64,000 nt of DNA, from NCBI GenBank assembly GCA_951406725.2, contig OX597842.1:8246001-8310000 (forward strand). The letters run 5' to 3'. Position numbers and translations under genes: made by a program. Of this stretch, positions 55,767 through 64,000 are shown piece after piece (position 1 is the first letter of the stretch; each line of letters opens with the position of its first letter). The DNA comes from Octopus vulgaris. Its lineage: Eukaryota. The notes beneath the pieces were generated by a model that was given only the letters and a program-made list of their open reading frames with translations, made no database searches and had not been told where the DNA came from.

Positions 55767-55848
55767 CTGATGCGTTACTTCCAATTTGCTGTGGCGTTAA
55801 TACTGTCCAAAACACAGCAATGAGAAATATTTTAGTATGTAACATCAT
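55767..55848 (-). CDS. Cys-loop receptor (chemotactile-receptor-like) exon 1: signal peptide MMLHTKIFLIAVFWTVLTPQQIGSNAS(G)
   Basis: ATG at 55848 is followed by a basic residue and a hydrophobic core. The exon ends TCA G|gttagt (phase 1), matching the phase-1 acceptor of exon 2. 82 nt. This is the least certain exon because it rests on signal-peptide character and phase only. Confidence 0.72.
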
Positions 55849-56345
55849 ATTGACAACTATATATATATATATATATATAGGGAGAGAGAGAGAGAGAGAA
55901 GGGGTGAGAGATAGATAGATAGATAGAAATAAAGATATTGGTGTTATGGTATGTGATAATATTTTTTTGTCAAACGGTTGAAAGTTACAGAAGTTTCTCA
56001 AAGATTGAAATGTCCATGCATGGCACTCATCAGACAAATTGTCTTGGCATCCAAAGAGTTTGCCGCTTTCTGTTTGAGTGAATTGTAGTCCCATAAATAA
56101 TATCTCTCTGTGCGTGAGTGTGTGTGAGTGTATGTGAGTGTGTGTGTGTGTGTGTGTGTGTGAGTGTGTGTGTGTGTGTGTGTATGTGAGTGAGTGTAAC
56201 TTAGCTGACGTCCCAGTGAGTTCACACTTGAAAACTGAGTGGAGTAAGAGACTGACTCACTGATTCAAACTCATAACGATTGGATATCTACAATAACGAT
56301 TGATATATGTGTGTGTGTGTGTGTGTGTGTATGTATTTATGTATG

Positions 56346-56441
<96 letters not shown>

Positions 56442-56569
56442 AATAAGAAAATGGAGGGGATCAAAGGTGGTTCATCAACTTTTAGACATTATATTATGTC
56501 AATTTATTTATTTACTTACTTAAATGACAATTACAAGAATATACATACATGTATAACATAATATGGTTT

Positions 56570-56604
<35 letters not shown>

Positions 56605-56660
56605 AAAGAAAAATAAGAAAAATAAGAAAATGGAAATAAATCAATTAATTATCTAACCTC

Positions 56661-56716
<56 letters not shown>

Positions 56717-56784
56717 GGTCCCGGGTTGATTCGGGGTTAACCACAGTAAATAAGGTACTCAATACATAGCAGAGTAAAATTAAT

Positions 56785-56907
56785 TTATTATATAGAAGGA
56801 GCTTCTACAGGACTAGAACTGTTTCATTCAAGAGAAATCTTCAGGTCCTGAAGATTTCTCTTGAATGAAACAGTTCTAGTCCTGTAGAAGCTCCTTCTAT
56901 ATAATAA

Positions 56908-56910
<3 letters not shown>
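56785..56910. repeat. Near-perfect palindrome of a pLTR-like repeat
   Basis: tatagaaggagcttctacaggactagaactgtttcattcaagagaaatcttcagg t cctgaagatttc...ctata. A single arm also occurs at ~14950. Confidence 0.85.
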
Positions 56911-56983
<73 letters not shown>

Positions 56984-57211
56984 GTATATAAATGCACACG
57001 TGTGTATATGTGTGTGTGTGTGTTTGCGTGTTTCTATATATGAGTGTGTGTGTCTGTGTGCATGCATGATAATGATGTGTATCAACATGCTAGTTAATTT
57101 GCTTGGCCGACATCTGAAGATAGTGTGTGTGTTCTTGTAATGGATATATGAACATACACCTTACATATGTGTGCGTGTATATATATGTATATATGTATAT
57201 ATATATCTGTG

Positions 57212-57243
<32 letters not shown>

Positions 57244-57850
57244 TATATAAATATATATATGGCGAGTGGTGATTATAGATCTGTTTATATATCAATAAAG
57301 ATTATTGCCTATTCGTGCAAGTTAACTTTCAGATTCATGTGACTGAATGGATGTCTGGTGTGTAGTGTCTGCTGTGCAGATGCATGTATATATATATTCA
57401 CACACACATGTGTGTGTGTGTGTGAAAGTGTGTGCACGCGCTCGCGTGTGTTCGTGTATGGGTGTTACGTATCAAATTGAATACAGAACCGAAGGAGTCG
57501 TGTATGGGTGTTACGTATCAAATTGAATACAGAACCGAAGGAGCTACCAACAGTTTCATGCTTTCATGATACTTGAGTAGGCATATTTATAAAATACGTT
57601 ATCTACCTTAAAGCTATCTTTCAGGCTCTGATTATGCATTATATATATATATATATATATATACGCCATGATAGATCGTTAGCTACTACACGCATTTTTT
57701 TCTCTCCTTGTTTTTTTCTGTGTCCCTTTCTGTCGAAGAGCGTAGACTCGAAACGTAAAAGACTTTTTCTATTCCTGAGCGCTATACAAATACATTTGTT
57801 TGTTTGTACTCCACCTGCCTTCGTCTTTTGTTTAATTTCGTAAACTTTCC

Positions 57851-57942
<92 letters not shown>

Positions 57943-59139
57943 GGATAAGATCGTTAATTTAAATATCGATCTTATTAAGTGGCCAGCATGGGAATAAAAA
58001 CCGTTAAAGATAATAATCATTAAAATTATAATTTAGGCTATCTAAGAGATACCACCACACTGGAAATAGCAGCCAAAACTTGACTCTAAAACCACATTAA
58101 ATGCTCATACAGCACCAAGAGATAAGACAAGGGGACAAAATAAACTAGCAAAACATTACTGGATAATTTCAGATCCCGGATTTCTGACTATGCATAAAAA
58201 ATGCTTTGCCTCATCAGTGGAATATACGCAGATAGTAACATAAATACACACATATATACATATAACATATGAATACTTACATATACGAACGTAAACATAC
58301 ATATATATGCACGTATGCAACATGACCAGTTTCAATTGTCCGCCTATAACTCCTCGTGCGAGGTTAAAATATCACCGCAGTAAATACAATGACGAACTAA
58401 AAATAAAAATTTATATAAATAAGGATAAGGTCGTTAATTTAAATATTGATCTTATCAAGTGGCCAGCATGAGAATAAAAGCCTTTAAAGGTAATAATTAT
58501 TATTAAAATTTATTCGTGTATTATATGTATATATATGTGTATGGATAATATCAATGGTGTGGAGAGAGAAGGCTGGTATGCATGGGCGACTGCTGGTCTT
58601 CCATAAACAACCTTGCCCGGACTTGTGCCTCGGAGGGTAACTTTCTAGGTGAAATCCCATGGTCATTCGTGACCGAAGGGGGTCTTTAAAATATATATTT
58701 GCTTACCATAAATATTGCTGGGGCTCATATTACGGTTATTTCCACAGCATGGCGGTCTACTGGCGCACTTCAGATAATGTAGTTGAGTGTATTTTATTTA
58801 GGGTTATAGTTTTAATAAGGTCTGTCCTGAGTTGTGGCTCTCACCTGAAAAGACAGAGCCTGCACTGATTAACGCAACACAACTTGATACTCAGTATCTT
58901 ACCCTTAAGGTACAGCTGCAAGATGGGTCGAAACGATCGTAGTGCTGTATAAAGATTCGTACTAAATCCCTTTTCCATCTCCCTCATCAGGCGGAGGATC
59001 GCGGTTTCGATTCCCAGACCGGACGTCGTGTGTATTTATTGAGCAGAAACACCTAAAAGCTCCACGATGCTCCGGCAAGGGGTGGTGGCGACCCCTGTTG
59101 TACTCTTTCGCCCCAACTTTTCCTCACCCTCGCCGCCTT

Positions 59140-62100
59140 TGATAAAACTTACAATTATGACAAAATTTCTAAGCTTCACACCGCTTGCAGTTATGGGCAA
59201 GTTCGTGACTATGACCAAGCTTCTGGCTATGACCAACTTACAACGTATGCAGCTAAGACTTTACCAGCTGCTATGACCTCCCTGATTGTAAAGACCTTGC
59301 TTGCTGTAAATATCCCGCCTGCTGCAATGATCTCACTTGGTGCATTTACCTCGCTTGCCACAATGATGAAGTTTATAGTTATGACGCAACACGTAGCTAT
59401 GACGGAGCTCTCAGCAGCTATGACAAAGTTTGAAGTAATGACCAAGCTTGCAGCTATGTCCAAGAATACTGTTACGACTGCGCTTGACGCTGTGACCAAC
59501 CTTGCAACTATGTTCAAGTTTGCAATTATGACCAAGCTTGCAGCTATGATCCAGCTTGTAGTTATGATCAAGCTTGCAGTTATGATCAAGCTAGTAGCTA
59601 TGACCTGGCTTACAGCTGTAACCAAGTTTGTAGCTATGACCTAGCTTACTATTATATTCGCGCTTGACTTCGTGACCAAGCTTGCAATTATGACCAAGCT
59701 TGCAGCTATGACCAAGCTTGCGGCTATGACCTGGGTTGCCGCTGTAACCAAGCTTACAGTTATGATCAAGATCGCAGCTAAAACCAAACATTCAGCTATG
59801 GTGCATGCTTGCTTGTGTGATCAAGTTTAAAGCTATGTCCATGCAGGTACCTCGATTTTAGTTATGACATTATTTGCAGCTACAAGCCAACTTCTGTCTA
59901 TGACCACGTTTGCAGCTGGGACCAAACTTACAGTTTTGACATCGCTTTCAGTTACTGGGAAGCTGGCAGTTATCACCTCGTTTTCAGTTATGACTCAGTT
60001 TGCAAATCTGACCTCACTTGCAATTATGATCAAGTTTATAACTATGAGCAAGCTTTCGAGTATGACCAAGCTAAATGATATGATTATACTTGCAATTATG
60101 ACCATGCTTGTAGCTATGACCAAGGTTGCACCTATGACTACGTTTGTAGCTATGATTACGCTCCAGCTATGATATCGCTTGTAGCTATGACCAACCTTGA
60201 TCCAGTTTCAGCTAAGACCAAGCTTGCAGCTATGACGAAGCTTACAACTATGACCGCACTTTCAGTTACAGCCGAGCTTGCAGCTATGACTTTGTTTGCA
60301 GCTACGACCAAGCTTGTAGCTATGACCAAGCTTGCATCTATGACCAAACTTGTAGCTATGACCAAGCTTGCAGCTATGACCGTCTTTGCAGCTACGACCA
60401 AGCTTGCAGCTATGACCAAGCTTGCAGCTATGACCTTTTTCGCAGCTATGACCTTTTTCGCAACTATGACCTTATTTGCAGCTACGACCAAACTTGCAGC
60501 TATGACCTTTTTTGCAGCTATGACCATCTTTGCAGCAACGACCAAGCTTGCAGCTATGACCAAGCTTGCAGCTATAGCCAAGCTTGCGGCTATGATCAGG
60601 CTTTCAGCTATGACTTTGTTTGCAGCAACGGCCAAGCTTGCAGATATGACCCAGCATACAACTATGTCGGAACTTCCAACTTTAACCAAGCTCGCAGCTA
60701 TGACCAAGTTTACAGCTATGACACAACATAAAGCTAGGATTAATTCACGTGCAGCTATGATCCTACACGCTGTTATGACAAAGTTTACGGATCTGACGAA
60801 GCTCATAGTTATGACCACAATTGAAGTTGGGTCCAAGTTTGCAATTATGATCAAACTTGATTTACATGACGAAGCTTGCAGATATGACAAACCTTGCAAG
60901 TACAGTCGAGCTAGGAGGTATTACCCAGCATGACGAAACTTGCAACTATTACCAAGCTTGCAGCTATGATCAAGATCTCATCTATGACCTAGCTTGTAGT
61001 TATTACCTCGCTCGCAGTTGTGACCAAGATTACTGTTATGACCGCAATGAACGTTGGGACTATACTTGCATCTATGACCAAGCTTGTATCCATGGTCAAA
61101 CCTGTAGCTATGACCTCGTTTGTAGTTATGGCCTCGCTGGCTGCTACAACCAAACATTCGGCTATGACCACGCTTGCAGCAAAGACCAAAGTTGCAGCTA
61201 TGTCAAAGCTTGTACTTGTTACCTCATTTGTTGCGATGACCTTGCTTGACCCACACTTATAGCTATGATTACACAGCAATGACCACACTTACAGCTATGA
61301 TCAGACCTGCAACTAGGACGAAACCTGGAGCTATGACTAAGCTTGTAACCATAGCAAGGCCTACAACTATGACCAAGATTGCAGATATGATATCACTTGC
61401 AGCAATACCCCACTGGCAGATTTGATCTAGATGGAACTAAGACCAAACCTATAGCTGTCAAGAAGCTTGCACCTTTGGCCACACTTACATCTACGGCCAC
61501 GCTAACAGCTATGACCTCGTTTGCAGTTATGACTAAGCTTGTATCCGTCACCAAATTTACTGCTACGACTTCATTTCAGTTATTAGCAAGCTTGTAGCTG
61601 TGACTTCGTTTGGAGCGATGACCCTGTTTGTAGCTATGATCAAGCCTGTAACTATAACGAAACTCACAACTATGACCTCGATTTTAGTCATTATCAAGCT
61701 TGCTGCCATGACAAAGCTTGAAGTTATGACTTTGCATGTTGCTATGACCACGCCTTGACCAATTTTGCAGATATTTTGAAGACTGCAGCCATGATTAAAC
61801 TTACTGCAATAACCTCGTTTGTAAGTACGAACAAGCTCATGGCTATGACCAAGCGTGTAGCTATGATCCCGATTTTAGTTATAACCTCACTTGCTGCTAC
61901 AACCAGACTTCCGGTTACAGTTATGAACAAGCTTGTAACTATGACCAAGTTTGCAGCTATGACCAAGTTTGCAGCTATGACACAACGTACAGCTATGATT
62001 AATCTCATAGTCGTGAGCTCACTTGCGGCTATGATCCTGCACGCTGTTATGACAAAGTTTACGGCTCTGACGAAACTCATAGCTATTGCTTTCAGTGCTG

Positions 62101-62615
62101 GCCTCGTTTGTAGCTATGGCTGAGCTTACAGCTATCTCATAGTTCACAGCTATGACATCGCATTTTATTATTACTAAGCTTGCAGAGATGACCGAGCCTG
62201 AAGCTATGATCAAGTCTGCATATATAACCACGCATGCAGCTATGACCTCGTTTGCAATTATGATCAAGCTTACAGCTATGACCAAGCAGGCAGTTTTGAC
62301 CTTGCTTTCGGTTATTAGTTTCGCTCTTGTGACCACGCATGCAGCAAGGACCTCATTTGCAACTATGATGAAGCTTACAGCTATGACCAAAGTTACGACT
62401 TTGAACAAGCTTACAGTTTTGACCAAACTTACAGCTATGGCTATACTTTCAGTTAATACCAAGTTTACAGCAATGACGTCGTTTGCACTGATGACTCCGT
62501 ATGCAGCTATAATTAGTCTTCCAGCTTTGAACCCATTTGTAATAATGTGCTCAGGTTCCAACCTCAACAAAATTTGCAACTTTGTCCATAATTTCAGCAC
62601 TGAAAAGCTTGCAGT
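59140..62615. repeat. Degenerate 18-bp minisatellite, consensus ATGACCAAGCTTGCAGCT, ~3.5 kb
   Basis: 18-nt periodicity gives MTKLAA, YDQACS and VIAASL repeats in different frames, with stops and frameshifts. Confidence 0.9.
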
Positions 62616-62715
62616 NNNNNNNNNNNNNNNNNNNNNNNNNNNNNNNNNNNNNNNNNNNNNNNNNNNNNNNNNNNNNNNNNNNNNNNNNNNNNNNNNNNNN
62701 NNNNNNNNNNNNNNN
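62616..62715. other. Assembly gap (100 N)
   Basis: N run. Confidence 1.
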
Positions 62716-63345
62716 GTTCCTATAACCTGTGTTAATTCTGTAACCCTTTAAAATGGAAGATCAGAAAGTTCATTTTCGGCACTTGATGCTTTGGGAACCA
62801 GGCAAAAATTGCTGCAGCTTGGCTGGTATGTGTTACCCCACCCTCCATATTCACCAGATATTGCTCCCTCAGATTTCCACTTATTCAGGTCCCTGCAGAA
62901 TAGTCTTAATGGTAAAAATTTCAATTCCTTGGATGACGTAAAAAGATACCTTGATGAATTCTTTGCCATGAAACCACCTCAATTCTGGGAAGAGGGTATT
63001 TTCAAGTTAAAGGAAAGATGGAGACGCATTGTGCAACAAAATGGTTCATATTTGGTTGATTAAAATGTAACGGCGAGTATTTATTGACCTTTTTCTTTCC
63101 TTTAAAAATCGGTACGAACTTTCCGGAAAACAAAATAGTATAAAAAAATAAGGTTTTCCATCTCATTCGTTTAATGAGATCTTCAACTTTCTTGAGGAAT
63201 ATCCAGAGATATAGTTTATTCGGTGGTGATACCTTGATGAATTCTTTGTCATGAAACCGCCTCAGTTCTGGGAAGAGGGTATTTTCAAGTTAAAAGGAAA
63301 GATGGAGATGCATTGTGTAACAAAATGGTTCATATTTGGTTGATT
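62716..63345 (+). mobile_element. Mariner deletion derivative (5' part lost in the gap) plus a partial tandem copy
   Basis: HPPYSPDIAPSDFHLF...PQFWEEGIFKLKERWRRIVQQNGSY; right TIR near 63110-63136. Confidence 0.88.
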
Positions 63346-63607
63346 AAAAATGGAAAATATTTATTGAAAAAATGAAAACAGAAGACAACAAAAGACCATC
63401 TTTTCATTTGAGTGGTAAACATAAATTTATTCAAATAATAACTGATCTACAGTAATTAAGAGAAATTGAAACAAAGTATTCGAAATTAAATTATAATTTT
63501 CTTAAAAATATATGAACGTTTCTGTAAGTTTTAATTTAAATGAATTAAATTTGACAAAAATTTTATTAACAGAAAAATATATTCATTCATCCATCAATTA
63601 TCCATTT

Positions 63608-64000
<393 letters not shown>

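Noticed and set aside
58840-58905. Alternative signal-peptide exon candidate ending TCA G|gtgaga
   Set aside because: There is an in-frame stop and no ATG upstream. 55848-55767 fits better, though a non-coding 5' exon here is not excluded.
60156-60933. 254-aa and 247-aa ORFs in the 18-bp repeat as protein-coding genes
   Set aside because: Open frames on both strands follow from the stop-free repeat consensus, and frameshifts and stops break the array. It is kept only as a repeat finding.

Overview
Repeat-rich, AT-rich eukaryotic DNA. The SINE families, (TA)n/(CAT)n microsatellites and gene content suggest a coleoid cephalopod, most likely Octopus (inference). Nearly all ORFs in the supplied track are microsatellite or SINE artefacts. 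One real spliced gene can be rebuilt on the minus strand: a Cys-loop (nAChR-derived) pentameric ion channel subunit. Its exons are 55848-55767 (signal peptide), 49564-49425 (140 nt), 44289-44245 (45 nt), 33533-33424 (110 nt) and 28979-28453 (Cys-loop, M1, M2), all with GT-AG sites and matching phases. The protein lacks every aromatic-box residue and the vicinal cysteines needed for acetylcholine binding, and it has a short M3-M4 loop, like octopus chemotactile receptors. The most striking feature is that the last coding exon (M3, loop, M4, extracellular tail) occurs as THREE intact, phase-compatible, diverged copies (23258-22927, 19820-19489, 10197-9860) behind a single set of upstream exons. 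The two youngest copies differ by 11 substitutions, all non-synonymous by eye. This suggests a cassette of alternative terminal exons. Introns and flanks carry a 5'-truncated Penelope-like element with an inverted pLTR, many minimal hammerhead-ribozyme motifs, mariner deletion derivatives, non-autonomous Helitrons, CR1/RTE LINE fragments, a Chapaev-like transposase relic, two tandem arrays of SINE-derived units and a 3.5-kb 18-bp minisatellite next to an assembly gap. All calls were made by eye, without database searches.
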